From assembly GCF_009914755.1 (NCBI RefSeq), contig NC_060928.1: a stretch of 64,000 nt of DNA; one strand, 5' to 3'. Position numbers and translations under genes: made by a program. Positions 1 through 15,480 of the stretch are shown here, in pieces. The number at the start of each line of letters is the position of its first letter. Positions within the stretch are counted from its first letter, which is position 1. This DNA is from the human T2T-CHM13v2.0 reference genome, Homo sapiens. The notes under the pieces are model-generated. The model saw only the letters and a program-made list of their open reading frames with translations, was not told where the DNA came from and did not search any database.

Positions 1-570
<570 letters not shown>

Positions 571-2394
571 TTCTTATTTCTATATTTCATAACAGCGAAG
601 CAAGTAACTATTACCTTTGCAGAGTTGGGTTGCCTCATTTAAAAAAAGAACAAAAAAGAAAAATGAAATTAGAAGACATCTAGCTTTTTAAACCATATTC
701 TCCACCAACTCAGCCAGACAAAGGCAGTTTGGTCCATAAAAAGATGCTTTCCATCCTAAGCAGCAGTGAAAGGGCCCCTTTGCCAGCAAGTCTGGTACCC
801 TCTTGCAAAGCTGTATGCACCTCCCGGTGCATAATAAGAACAAAGAAAAACAGAAACAAAAGCAGGGTGACTGAATGACTCTCCTCTTCCATTCATGATC
901 ATGTCTGTTGTCACCACTAATCCTCAAAAGCCAAAATTAGACATTAGGATGGTGGTCTTCAAACAACTAGGACAAGTTCACATCAAACTATCTAGGAAGC
1001 ATTTTTTATGTTTTCAGCCTCAAACATATCAGAATATGTGAATGAAGAAGTGAAGCAGGTAGGATTAAATTCAACTGTATACAACATACAAGTGAAAATA
1101 AGGGGGACTTTACACAGAAGAAGTTCGGAGAAAAGTAGTCTAGAGTAGGTATGGTTGCTCCATGGTCATCAGAGATCCTGCTCTTTCCTTCTCTCTGGCT
1201 GCCTTTCTCAGCACAAGCTTCCGTCGTCACTATGGACTAATGTCCAAGGGGGCTTCTGGAGCTGGGGCCATTGAGACCATGCAGGCAGCAGGAAAGAGGA
1301 AGGCAGAAATGGCAATAGGGGATGCTCTAGCACATCTGCCTCTTCAGGAGTCTTCTTGGAGATCCTGTCTGGTAGCTTCAGCTTTTAATTCATCAGCAAG
1401 GGAGTCTAGGAAAAGTAATGTCTCAGACACACTATTCTGAATAAAATTAGTTTGGTTCCATAAAGACCTAGGGAATATGTGTGTTGTAAGAGCTTACTGA
1501 GGGATCCTAATATTAATACTTCCTAACCCCTTGAGAACCACTGCAAAAGAAACAGTTTCCTGGAGAATTTTCTTGAGTAGGCCATCCCAAAGAAATTAAC
1601 TGAAGGACATATTTGTCTTTTCTCCCGGCATCCATTCTGCCTGTTCTCAACAACATCCCAGATTTTGATGTGAGCATCGAGCCCTGCCCTACTCTCAGTC
1701 TATATGGTCCAGGTGCAGGCCCATCTTTAACCCTAGGGATAAGTCAAATGATCCCAGCCTAAACCTCATTAGCATGTATCCTGTTGGCCAAGTAATTAGT
1801 TCAAGGGTAAGCATATGACCTAAGCCTATTCAATCAGAATGCGTCTCAAGACTTTTACTAGAATGTAAACTCAACAAAAATAAGGACCTTACCTTTCTCA
1901 TTTCCACTGCTTCCTCACATCTAAAACTGTCTGGAATAAAGTACATGCTTAATAAATATGATTGGATGTTAAATATCTGAAAATGGAGCTAGAGATTAGA
2001 GAAAAACTAGATTTTGATAACATTGTTTGAATTTCTGTCTCTATGTACCTCAATTAAGTCTACCCTTGGTTCTTTCAGTTACTAAGTCCATAAATTTTCT
2101 TTATTTGCTTACAGCATCTTGAGTTTGAATTTCCCTTACCTGCACCCAAAAGGTAATAGGGAAGTAGGCAGGACCAGTAGACTAAGCCAGTAAAGGCTTA
2201 ACATTTTATTAGGCTCAGAATATTAAATATTCAGAATATTAAATTTTTTGCTCAATAGAAATATTAATCATTTCTATTGAGCAAAAGAACTCACAACATA
2301 CAGGATGATTTAATAAGTAGGATTTTGAAATGTGAAGAGATGAGGAGTCCCCTCTGATGACACATCTTATTTTGTATCTAACAATCAATGAGTC

Positions 2395-5288
2395 ACCCCA
2401 CAGAAATACAAACTACCATCAGAGAATACTATAAACACCTCTACACAAATAAACTAAAAAATCTAGAAGAAATGGATAAATTCCTGGACACATATACCCT
2501 CCCAAGACTAAACCAGGAAGAAGTCGAATCCCTGAATACACCAATAACAAGTTCTGAAATTGAGGCAGTAATTAATAGCCTACCGACCTAGAAGATCTCA
2601 GGACCAGATGGATTCACAGCCGAATTCTACCAGAGGTATAAACAGGAGATGATACAATTCCTTCTGAAACTATTCCAACCAATTGAAAAGGAGGGACTCC
2701 TCCTTAATTCATTTTATGAGGCAGCATCATTCTGATACCAAAACCTGGCAGAGGCACAGCAAAAAAAGAAAACTTCAGGCCAATATCCCTGATGAACATT
2801 GATGCGAAAATCCTCAATAAAATGCTGGCAGACCAAATCCAGCAGCACATCAAACAGCTTATCCACCATGATGAAGGCAGCTTCATCCCTGGGATGCAAG
2901 GCTGGTTCCACATATGCAAATCAATAAACACAATCCATTACATAAGCAGAACCAATGACAAAAACCACATGATTATCTCAATAGATTTAGAAAAGGCCTT
3001 TGTTAAAATTCAATATCACTTCACATTTAAAAACTCTCAATAAACTAGGTATTGATGGAACATATCTCAAAATAATAAAAGCTATTTATGACAAACCCAC
3101 AGCCAATATCATACTGAATGGGCAAAAGCTGGAAGCATTCCCTTTGAAAACCAGCACAAGGCAAGGATACCCTCTCTCACCACTCCTATTCAACATAGTA
3201 TTGGAAGTTCTGGCCAGGTCAATCAGGCAAGAGAAAGAAACAAAGCATATTCAAATAGGAAGAATGGAAGTCAAATTGTCTCTGTTTGCAGACAACATGA
3301 TGCTATATTTAGAAAACCCCACTGTCTCAGCCCAAAAGCTCCTTAAGCTGGTAATCAAGTCCAGCAAAGTCTCAGGATACAAAATCCATGTGCAAAAATC
3401 ACAAGCATTCTATACACAAACAGTAGACAAGCAGAGAACCAAATCATGAATGAACTCCCATTCACAATTGCTACAAAGATAATAAAATACCTAGAAATAC
3501 AGCTAACAAGGGATGTGAAGGACCTCTTCAAGGAGAACTACAAATTACTGCTCAAGGAATAAGAGAGGGCACAAACAAATGGAAAAACAGTCCATCCTCT
3601 TGGATAGGAAGAATCAATATTGTGAAAATGGCCATACTGCTCAAAGTAATTTATAGATTCAATACTATTCCCATTAAACTACCATTGACATTCTTCACAG
3701 AATTAGAAAAAACTACTTTAAGTTTCATATGGAACCGAAAAAGAGCCCACATAGCCAAGACCATCCTAAGCAAAAGAACAAAACTGGAGGCATCACGCTA
3801 CCTGACTTCAAACTATACTACAAGGCTACGTGACCAAAACAGCATGGTACTAGTACCAAAACAGATGTATAGACCAATGGAAGGGAACAGGCCTCAGAAA
3901 TAATACCACACATCTACAACCATCTGATCTTTAACAAACCTGACAAAAACAAGCCATGGGGAAAGGATTCCCTATCTAATAAATGGTGCTGGGAAAACTA
4001 GCTAGCCATATGCAGAAAACTGAAACTGAACCCCTTCCTTACACCTTATACAAAAATTAACTCAAGATGATTAAAGACTTAAGTGTAAAACCCAAAACCA
4101 CAAAAACCCTAGAAGAAAACCTAGGCAATACCATTCAGGACATAGGCATGGGCAAAGACTTCATGACAAACACACCGAAGACAATTGCAACAAAAAACAA
4201 AATTGACAACTGGGATCTAATTAAACTAAAGGGCTTCTGCACAGCAAAAGAAACTAACATCAGAGTGAACATGCAACCTACAGAATAGGAGAAAATTTTT
4301 GCAATCTACCCATCTGACAAAGGTCTAATATCCAGGATCTGCAAGGAACTTAAACAAATTCACTAGAAAAAAACAAACAACTCCATCAAAAAGTGGGCAA
4401 AGGATATGAACAGACACTTCTCAAAAGAAGACATTTATGTGGCCAATAAACATATGAAAAAAAGCTCAACATCACTGATCATTAGAGAAATGCAAATCAA
4501 AACCACAATGATGTACCATCTGACACCAATCAGAATGGCAATTATTAAAAAGTCAAGAAACAATTGATCCTGGTGAGGCTGTGAAGAAATAGGAGCGTTT
4601 TTACACTGTCAGTGGGAACATAAATTAGTTCAACCATTGTGGAACACAGTGTGGCAATTCCTCAAGGATCTAGAACAAGAAGTACCATTTGACCCGGTAA
4701 CCCCATTACTGGGTATATACACAAACGAACATAAATCATTCTACTGTAAAGACACATACATACATATGTTTATTGCAGCACTATATACAATAGCAAAGAC
4801 ATGGAACCAACCCAAATGCCCATCAGTGATAGACTGGATAAACAAAATATGGTACATATACACCATGGAATACCATGCAGCCATAAAAAGGAATGAGATC
4901 ATGTCCTTTGCAGGAATATGGATGAAGCTGGAAGCCATCATCCTCAGCAAACTAACACAGCAACAAAAAACCAAACATCACATGTTCTCACTCATAAGTG
5001 GGAGTTGAACAATGAGAACACATGGACACAGGGAGGGGAACAACACACACTGGGTCCAGTTGGAGGTGGGGGATGAGGGGAGGGAGAGCATAAGAACAAA
5101 TAGCTAATGCATGGGGGGCTTCAAACCTAGGTGATGGGTTGATAGGTGCAGCAAACCACCATAGCACATGTATACCTATGTAACATGTGCTTTTGGGCTG
5201 AGACAATGGGTTTTTCTAAATATAGAAATCTACATGTTCTGAACTTGTATCCCAGAACTTAAAGTAAAATTTTAAAAAAGAAAAAAAA
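2395..5288 (+). mobile_element. 5'-truncated L1PA (ORF2 RT/C-terminus, 3'UTR, polyA), disrupted
   Basis: ORF2 peptides ([22 protein letters not shown]) broken by stops and frameshifts; TSD aatca(a/g)tgagtc 2383-2394 and 5289-5300. Confidence 0.95.
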
Positions 5289-5299
5289 AATCAGTGAGT

Positions 5300-6765
5300 C
5301 TTTTCAACAAATGGTACTGGAACAACTGCACATCTACATGCAAAAATACACAAAAATTAATTTAAAATGGGCCACAGCAATGCAAATGTACAATGCAAAA
5401 CTATACAGTTATACAACCCCTGGAAGATAACTTAGGGAAAAAATCTAGGTGACCTTGGGTTTGGTGATGTTTTTAGATACAACATCAAAATCATGATTCA
5501 TGAGAGAATAAATTGTTAAGTTGAACTTCCTTAAAATTAAAAACTTTTTCTCTGCAAAAGCCCCTGTTAAGAGAATAAAAAGACAAATCACAGACAGAGA
5601 TAATATTTGCAAAATACCTATCTCATAAAGAACTGATATCCAATGTATACAAAGAACTCTTAAAACTCACGATAAGAAAAAAACAACAACCCAACTATAC
5701 AATGGGCAAAAGGTCTAAAGAGACATCTCAACAAAAAAGATATACAGATGACAAATAAGTATATGAAAAGATGTTCAACATCATACATCATTAGAGAAAT
5801 GCAAATTAAAACAACAAGAAACCACTAGACACTTATTAGAATGACTAAAATCCAAAACACTGATAACATCAGATGCTGATGAGGATGTAGAGCAACCAGA
5901 GCTCATTCATTGCTAGTGGAAATGCAAAATGGTAAGCCACTTTAGAAGACAGTTTGGCAGTTTCTTACAAACTAAGCATAGTCTTACCATACAATCCAGC
6001 AATCATATTCCTTGGTATTTACTCAAATGAGTTGAAAACTTAACATCCGCACAAAAAACTGCATGAGAGAGTTTATAGCAACTTTATTTGTAATTGCCAA
6101 AACTTGAAAGCAACCAAGATATCCTTTAATAGATGAATGGATAAACAAATTTTGGTACATCTGTACAACGGACTATTACTTAGAGATAAAAAGAAATGAG
6201 CTATCAAGCCACAAAAACACATGGAGGAAACTTAAATGCATATTGCTAATTGAGAGAAGCCAATCTGAATGGCTGCCTTACTGTATGATTCCAATTATAT
6301 GACATTCTGAAAATGGCAAAACTGTGGACACAGTAAAAAAAAATCAGTGGTTGCCTGGAGTTTGGAGGCAGGGAGAGACAAATAGGTGGAGTACAGGTGA
6401 TTTTTAGGGCAGTGAAATGATTTTGTGTGATACAGCAATGGCGGCGGCATGTCATGGTACGTTTGCTAAAACCCATAGAACATACATCAAGAGTGAATGT
6501 TAATGTAAACTGTAAACTTTACAGTTACAGAGTAAACTCTGTAAACTTTAGTTAATAATGTATTAATATTGGTAATCGATTGTAACAAATGTAACATGCT
6601 AATAAAAGATTTTAATAAGAATAGAAATGGAGTGTGGGGTTGGGGAGTGTGGGGTTGGTATGTGAGAACTCTCTACTTTAAACTCAATTATTCTATAACC
6701 TGAAAACTGCCCCTCAGTTATGAAATCTATTAAAGAACAAATCAATAAAATAAAAATTTAAAATA
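5300..6765 (+). mobile_element. Old L1M (L1MC-like) 3' portion
   Basis: Degenerate ORF2 end and L1M 3'UTR motifs. Confidence 0.8.
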
Positions 6766-7040
6766 ATCAATGAGAATAAATTTTGAAGCAATATTCCCTC
6801 TATTTCTATATATGTTTCAAGTTTCTATAACAAATTTTTACAAAATGTACATACCTAGATAGTCCACAGCTAGGAGTTTATCCTATAGCTGTATGCATAT
6901 ATTGATCAAAGATTTACATCAAAGGATTATGTACTATTGTCAGTAATAGCAAAAGCCAGGAAACAACTAAATATCCATTAACAAATAATTGGTTAAATAA
7001 ATTATGCTTTTTTTACACATGAAATACTACAGAGCAGTTA

Positions 7041-7357
<317 letters not shown>

Positions 7358-7789
7358 GGGACAACTATATGTGTAGAATGTAAGTAAGCTCCATGATAGG
7401 GAAGGTATCTTTGCTTTATTATTGTTCACTAATACAGCCTAAATAACCAGAATTGTGTCTGGCACCTGCTAGATCCTCAGTAAGTATCTGTTGAATAAAT
7501 GAATAGAGAATAATGGTTAAATTTCTTAAAGGAAAGTAAAAACAATGTGCATATGGTTTGCTTATCATGAAACATGAGGGCATTCCTCTTGACCAAGAGC
7601 TACCCCAGATGTAGACTCTGATTTTCCATGGAGCTGGGAGCAGGAATAAAGGAAGCATGGTGTTGGGTGGGGTTTTTTTAAATGAATCTGAACCATTTTC
7701 AACAAAATTACTCAAGCCTCTTAGTGTGTAGACTCAGAGTGGGCGATTATAAAAGTTCAAATGCATAATATTTTATGGTGAATACCAAG

Positions 7790-8660
7790 ACTTACAATAA
7801 AACTTACAGTAATCAAGACACTGTGGGAATGACATAAGGATGGCCCTATGGAACAGAACAGAGAAACCAGAAAGACATCCACACTTACATGGTTATTTGA
7901 TTTTTGACAAAGATGCCAAAGTAATCCAATGGGTAAAGTCTCTTCAACAAATAAAAAAACAAAAACAGAAACATTGTTTATATATAGGAGGAAAAAGAAC
8001 CTCAATCTTCACCTCATACCATACACAAAAATTATTATTATTTTTTTTGAGATGGAGTCTCACTTTGTTGCCCAGACTGAAGTGCAGTGGCATGATCTTG
8101 GCTCACTGTAGCCTCAACTTCTTGGGTTCAAGTGATTCTCACACCTCAGCCTCCCAAGTAGCTGGGATTACAGGCACCCACCACCATACCTGGCTAATTT
8201 TTGTCTTTTTAGTAGAGACAGGGTTTCACCATGTTGGCCAGGCTGGTCTTGAACTCCTGACCTCAGGTGATCCACCCGCTTCAGCCTCCCAAAATGCTGG
8301 GATTACAGGCGTGAGCCACAGTGCCTGGCCAAAAATTAATTTAGTATGGAAAATAGACCTAGTAAAAGTTAAAACTATAAAGTTTCTAGCTTAGAAGAAA
8401 ACACAGGAGAATATTTTTGGTGACAGGGTATAGGCAAAAGTCTCTTAGGACAGAGAAAGCAATCAACATAAAAGAAAAACTAGATAAATTAAACTTTAAA
8501 ATTTAAAATACATCTTTTGAAGACACTGTTAAGAAAATGAATAGGCTAGCCACAAAGTGGGAGAACATATTTGCAAAGCATATATATTTGATAAAGGACT
8601 AGTGTCCAGAAGATATCAAGAATTCCTATAACTCAATAACAAAAGACAAACAACCCAAAA
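7790..8660 (+). mobile_element. L1M fragment containing a minus-strand Alu (8041-8330)
   Basis: L1 ORF2-like text (acagtaatcaagacac, tttgacaaagatgccaa); Alu consensus. Confidence 0.75.
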
Positions 8661-8972
8661 CAGGGCACTTGTAGAGAAATAAGGTCCAAGTGATGCTTAG
8701 TGTGATGAAACAACCAGATACATGAGAAAAGAATTAATCCAGTAATACTATACAACCCTCATACTTTATCCAAACTCTGAATATAATGGAAGAATCATTT
8801 AATATTTCAAGAAGATAACATTAATTGGCATATAAATTTGCCCATTAAAAAGTAAATTTAACATAAAACTAAATATTTCTATCTATGAATCTCATTCTAA
8901 ATGACCGTTAACAAAGTTTGGTAATAATAACTCACCAATAAAAAGTCACATTAAAAACTGTGTTACGTATAG

Positions 8973-8984
8973 TTTATTTTTATT
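8973..8984 (-). terminator. Tandem AATAAA polyA signals, probable 3' end of SMIM43 mRNA
   Basis: Plus strand tttatt-tttatt = two AATAAA on minus, about 1.3 kb past the legacy ORF stop. Confidence 0.55.
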
Positions 8985-9440
8985 TCATAGCCTTTTAAAA
9001 AATATAAGCCACCTAATATTTTGAAAAACATACACAGAATAATCATTTAGCTGCCACAATATTACAAAAATAAAATGACACAGAATAAATTGCACAAGAG
9101 AACAAAATAATCTCTGCTGAGTCACTCTGACTAGGAACACATAATAGTCACTAGGAAGGTGAAGTGGAGCAGTACTGCCATTTCTTCATGATCAATTATC
9201 ACTAAAATCAGTCACAGGAACTATTCCCAGGAGGTCATCCATTCACTATACAGGAATATGTGCAATATATAGATGTCAAGTTAACATCTTGAATTTAATT
9301 CCAAATACCATTCTTTCTTTTCCTCTGGGAGACAAATTCAATGGCAAGCTAGAATAGTGAAGACCAGGGGATACCAAGCCCATGACTGACCCACACCTCT
9401 CCCAGCTGGTTCTACAACACAAGAAAGAGAATAAAGTATA

Positions 9441-9651
9441 CCGTGCTATCTAACACAATAGCTAGTAGCCCCATTTGGCTATCTGAATTTAAATTAATTA
9501 CAATTAAACAAAATTTAAATTTTCCTTCCTCAGTCACACTAGCCACATTTCAAGTGTTCACTAGCCACATGTGCCTATATGGTTACCATATTGGACACTG
9601 CAGATATAGAACATTTCTGTCATCACAGAAAGTTCTTTTAGACAGCCCTAG
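9441..9651. mobile_element. MER3-like hAT DNA transposon in the SMIM43 3'UTR
   Basis: ctagccacatttcaagtg...ctagccacatgtg...attggacactgcag. Confidence 0.7.
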
Positions 9652-10195
9652 ATGTGGGAAGTGTTTCTTCTTTGCTTAGCTAGGATGTAGGCTGCTTATA
9701 GAAGCAGCTTTGAGAGGCAATTCTTCTCCCAGGATATTCCTAGACTGGTGGTGGAGTCACAGAAAGGAGTAAGGTAGCCTTTCTTTGCGTAGATTCCCCT
9801 CCTCCATGCATGAAAGCGATGGTCTTTCTATAGGAATCAAATACACAAACCCAGACTCCACCAAAATATAACTGACAGGAAAATTAGAGAGGAGAGAAAT
9901 GATACAGATGAGGGAGCAGCGTAATAGAACATTCTTTATCCTACACCAACCCTCCACAAAGAGGTTACGGCCACCAAGGAAGTGCACAGGTACCCAGGGC
10001 CTTCTAGAAAATCCTGATGTGGGACAAGGATATTGACTGAGAGAGGTCAGCCCTGTCAAGAGTTTTGTGAGAACACCTGACATGCCTTCACTCTGCTCAC
10101 TCTGTCAGAGGGGAGCAGTGCTGCTTGGAGCTTTGACAGTTGTGAAGGAACTAGAGTTTTGATCTTTTTGAACTTTATGCTCCTCTGCAACTGTA

Positions 10196-10695
10196 TTCTG
10201 TAGCCAGGGCATAAAATGTTAGTTGTCCTCCCAAGATCCACCACCATCTTCTTCTTCATCAAGAGAAACTGGATTTTTGTCAAAGGCAGTTATATATCCA
10301 GCTACAAAAACTACATTTCTCAGACAATCTTGCAGATAGCAGTAGCCAATGACACAGTTCTGGCCAATGAGATGAAGGCAAAAGTTATTGGGCTGCTGAG
10401 GAAGCTCTTTAAAAGGAAGTGGATTTGAACTGGCATGCCCCGTTTTCTCTGTGGGCTTCCTCCTTCTTCTTGTGGGGTGCTGCGGGGACCATCTTGGAAC
10501 CTGGAGGAAAAAGCCAAGGGAACCTCAGCAGCCACCTTAATTAAGCCTGACACCCGTGAGCTGCTGAACCAGCACCAGCAGCTGCCTGCCTCTAACCTCC
10601 TTGTTCTGTGAGAAAAGAACAAACCCTCTAATTTATTTAAGCCGCTCTTCAGTCCAGAACTTCCTATTCCATTACCAAGATAAAAATTCATCTTG
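10196..10695 (+). mobile_element. Old ERVL/MaLR (MLT1-like) LTR supplying the last-exon acceptor in antisense
   Basis: ttctggccaatgagatg, ccatcttg, gagctgctgaacca, tttaagcc motifs. Confidence 0.6.
10320..10500 (-). CDS. TMEM155: Legacy TMEM155 ORF, last exon (RFQDGPRS...AICKIV*), LTR-derived
   Basis: ttttcctccag| acceptor before 10500; 54+158+181=393 nt = 130 aa + stop. Confidence 0.55.
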
Positions 10696-11564
10696 ATTCC
10701 CAATAGGAAAGTGTGATTTTTCATCTGAAAGGAAAAGACATCTTGCTTGAAGAATCTGTACCTATTCAATAAATTCAAGTAACTTCAGAGTCATACTAAT
10801 AAAACAAAAGTCGCAGATAATGGTTTTAGCTCAAACCCACCCATGTCCTTCAGGATCTGTCTATACAGACCAAGAATGGCAGAAATGTTTGGGCTTATTA
10901 TATAAAAAGGCTACTATTAAGGAAAAAAACAAGGTTTTTTTAACCTTAATCCATCAGAAAGCTTTTTCTGCATGCTTATTAGGTTCTGATTACTGGGTCT
11001 GAACGCCCTTCTGATAATCCACCTTCCGGTATGGGAAGATGCTCATGACTCAGATACTTAATCAGATCATTATTAACCCATAACATTATTTATTTTGTGT
11101 AGACAAAATAAAAAGTGGAGGACTGAGAAATTTATTTCACTGATTCAAACAAAAAAAAAAAACTACATCAAAGATTTACAACTCAATTCTTAACCTTCTC
11201 TTGTATGTGACACAGACATCTGACAGTGACATTCTAATGATCCTAGAGTTTTAATTGTGGATTTAGCTTAAATATGCACGAATATCTCAGAGTAGCTGTA
11301 AAAATTAAAAACAAAGTACAGCACTGTGTAGATACCTTATGCATTACATTAGTATCTTTAGTGTTCTAACAGTCTCTAGATTAGTAAGTGTGACTTAGAA
11401 AACAACAAACATTTCCCACTATTCTAAATGGTTTAACCATTTACAAACTTTAAAATTTTGGTCATTTAAAATTTAACTCTATTGCACTGATTTTGAAACT
11501 ATAGACAAAATTGGAAATATAGAATGTCAAACTAAAAATAGAGTATTTCATATTTTTTACTCAC

Positions 11565-11722
11565 CTAGTTCCAAGTTTCCACCCCTGCAAGCGAACCAAA
11601 AACAAATCCTGGCACCTTGCCATTCCCAGAAAAGCCAGTGCATGGCACACTCTGGGTAAATTTTCTCTCTTATTCTGTAGAATCGCACCAGATGGCATCA
11701 GTTCTGCATCTACAGCTGTGCC
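11565..11722 (-). CDS. TMEM155: Legacy TMEM155 ORF, second exon (GTAVDAELMPSG...WKLGT)
   Basis: aattttag| acceptor, AG|gtgagt donor, 158 nt open in frame. Confidence 0.6.
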
Positions 11723-11856
11723 CTAAAATTGAAGTTCAGACATAGGAATCTACTTTATTAGACATTTTAGATTTTGCAGGTGTGAGTGTGATGTCATTCT
11801 CATTCAACTTAAAATGGTTATCTTGCCAAGTAGAACTGCAGATCCATTGCACTTAC

Positions 11857-11910
11857 AAGTTTGGAAATTAGTGCAACAACCAAGATTGTCCTGATAAGAT
11901 CTGAAGCCAT
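11857..11910 (-). CDS. TMEM155: Legacy TMEM155 130-aa ORF, first coding part (MASDLIRTILVVALISKL); exon 11857-11919. Translation doubtful
   Basis: Acceptor tttcag| before 11919, AAAATGG Kozak, donor CTT|gtaagt; matches the remembered TMEM155 N-terminus. Confidence 0.6.
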
Positions 11911-13790
11911 TTTGAACACCTGAAATTTAGAAACAATGATGAAATAATAACATTTGAAATAAAATACAAATATTACATAATAGAATTATGGCTCATTTCC
12001 TTATAATGTAAGAAATTCAAGTCACCTTCTAACATTGCTGAAGAATCACTAAAAACCTTTTTATTGAAAATAAAACACAGGAATCTTCTATAATCAAGTT
12101 ACATTTATATAATAAGCAGTTATGTTAAATGTTCTTGACTTTTCAAGTGCTTTAATGTCTAGCTCATATATATACAGTCTTTAAAAATAGATTTGGCACA
12201 TAGTGATTGTCAGAACAGGGGATCGTCAGGGGATGGAGTAGCCAACATGTAGAAGCCTGCAACCTAGACCATTGTGGGTGTCAGAGTATTTGATCTAAGC
12301 CAAAAATGCATAAAGGTGGCCAAAATTGTGAGTTTGAAAGTAGTTCTAATTTGAGAGATCAGTCTATGTCAGGTCTTGGAAAAATGATGATTGAATAAAT
12401 AAATAAACAGCAAAAGACAGCTCATCTACAGCTGTCAAAGTTTCAAAAGCAGAGTCTCTAACAAAGCAAGTGCAGGGCAGGAGATCAACAGCAGCAAGAT
12501 CTAAGAGCAAATGTGAGTTACCTTAATTCCCAGAGCTTAGAGTCAAGTTCCAAGCAGAGGTTGAGTAATAGGAATAAATGTTCATTGTGGCCTGGATAAA
12601 TGGGAACTTGGTCATTAATGAATTTGATTACAAGGAGTTAATAAAATGGCCCTGGATACAAGATAGAAAGGCACCCCTGCTTTCTTAGGAACCTGAGTCA
12701 GTAGAACCAGCTGAGAGATTGGATTAATACTGAGATGGTAATAAACTACTCACCCTGACTTTTCAATAGTCTCTTGTTTAGGAAGAATGATGGGCAGGTT
12801 AAATTCATGGATACCAGTGGTGCTGCTAGGAAGATTAAAGGATTGTAAACTCAAGAAGGCAAGCATGTGGTTAAAATAATTTCCATTCTGGTTATTCTAA
12901 AGTGTGAAATGATTGTTTTCAATCCTTACAAACAACCATACTTGCTAATTAATTACTCCCACACTCATCTTCAATGTCCATATTAACCATACAACCTTTT
13001 AACTAAATGCCACTGCAGAGATATCAACCAATTAGAGAACTATTGTTCAAAGCACAATACAGAATCACTGCAGTTGATTCAGGGAGTTCAAACTGGGAAT
13101 TCAAATCAAGTCTTACCATAACTCTGATAAAGAGGTGAGGATTTGCTCATACCATAATAATTAAAGTAAACCTCTTACTTCATTAAGAACAGGCCTATTT
13201 GGGGAGAGTGAAATAGAAAGTGGGAAATTATCTAATGTCTTGGGCCAAAATTATTCACCTGAGACTATTTTTCCTTTGAAGCATTAAAATAATTGTCTTA
13301 CACTTCACTTTTATATTATCAACTTAGGCAAACTTTAGTATTTCATTGTTTTTAGCCTCTCTATATGGTCTTTGTGTCTAAAATTAGTATTTTCAATACT
13401 ATAGTTATGACTTAGCTTATCCCACACTGACATGACTAAACCCAAATCTTCCCTTACTGAAGATTGAGTATATCTGCATCACATATTTCACCCCATGAAC
13501 CCCCGCACTGTTTTTCAAAAGGGCCGAATGATTATTAAAAGTGCAAACACTCCTGACATCTCATTCAAATTTCCACAATCCTCTACTAAGACACTGATTC
13601 TTGCAATGAGTTAGGAGTCAGTTTGGCTTTGTGGATCTGGTAGAAGCTCACCAGATTTGAGTGGGAGAGTGCCCTTTCCTTCCTTGTACCCATTTCCCCC
13701 ATCCTGAACCAACATGTTTTTAGGCCCTGGATCTTTAGAAGTTTAGTCATAACTAAGGCCAACGTGAAACCATGCGTCATCCCAACTTAC

Positions 13791-13899
13791 CATTTGCAGA
13801 AAGCTTCCATCTCCCGTTGTTCCAGCCTTCTTTTTGCAGGCCCAAACTGTCATTGCAGCTGTGGTCCCCTGAGCACCAGTCAAGGGCAGCAGCTCGGCT
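13791..13899 (-). other. SMIM43: SMIM43/TMEM155 downstream exon (109 nt)
   Basis: Minus-strand acceptor ctctctttctag| before 13899 and donor ATG|gtaagt after 13791. Confidence 0.7.
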
Positions 13900-14689
13900 C
13901 TAGAAAGAGAGATGACATAAATCTAGGGAAAAGCTACTGAAGGATGAAGATATTTCCCAAACTAACATTAGCGAGAGGGTACTTAGGGCATACTGGTACT
14001 CGAGTTTGCTCCTGCCCGCCCATCTTCTGCAAAAGCTCTAGTAATTTAACCTGAAACCACAGACCCGCCTCTCCGTCCTTTTTCCTGTTTCCCTACGCTA
14101 TGCAAACAGTACCTCTTTTAGCTGGCCCTCCATGCCATCACCCAAAAGGTCACGTACCGGCCAACCCTAAGGCATCTTCCAAATGACTCTCATTGTAACG
14201 TTCACCATCCGCTGTCCCAGATTCGAAACCTACCCTGCACGGCAATCCGCAAGCACTAACCGTGGTTGGTGGCTAGAATATGAGTAAGGATCACCGGGAG
14301 GAAGGGATTCCTCCCTCCAAATGGACGACTGAATCTTCTCTCCCCCACGCCCCACCCCAGCACCACCAGACGAACCCCATTTACCATCTCTCAAAGCGCA
14401 AAAATATTTAAAGCAATATTTAAAATACTTTAAGTGCGCCCCGTTTCCTCCTGCCACCCGTCCCAAAGCCCACACAGTCTTTCTCAAAAATGTGGATATT
14501 CAGGTTAACCTGCGATTTTGTTCGAAAGTGGCTAAACTGCATTATCCGAATAATTTACTTTTCCACTCCTTGGGTATAACTAAAATGCAGTTGGACAGAA
14601 AAGAGCTTGCAGTTGTCCAAAGTCATTCCGGCTCCAAAGGGCGAATTCTCTTTTCGCCATCTCTCCCAGCCCTGGAACAGCTTAGGGTC

Positions 14690-15480
<791 letters not shown>

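Noticed and set aside
2388-5008. Reverse transcriptase-like ORFs
   Set aside because: Fragments of a dead 5'-truncated L1 ORF2 with many stops and frameshifts; not a novel RT system
7840-8394. 184-aa ORF (and the 194-aa ORF at 47810-48394)
   Set aside because: Translations of antisense Alu sequence
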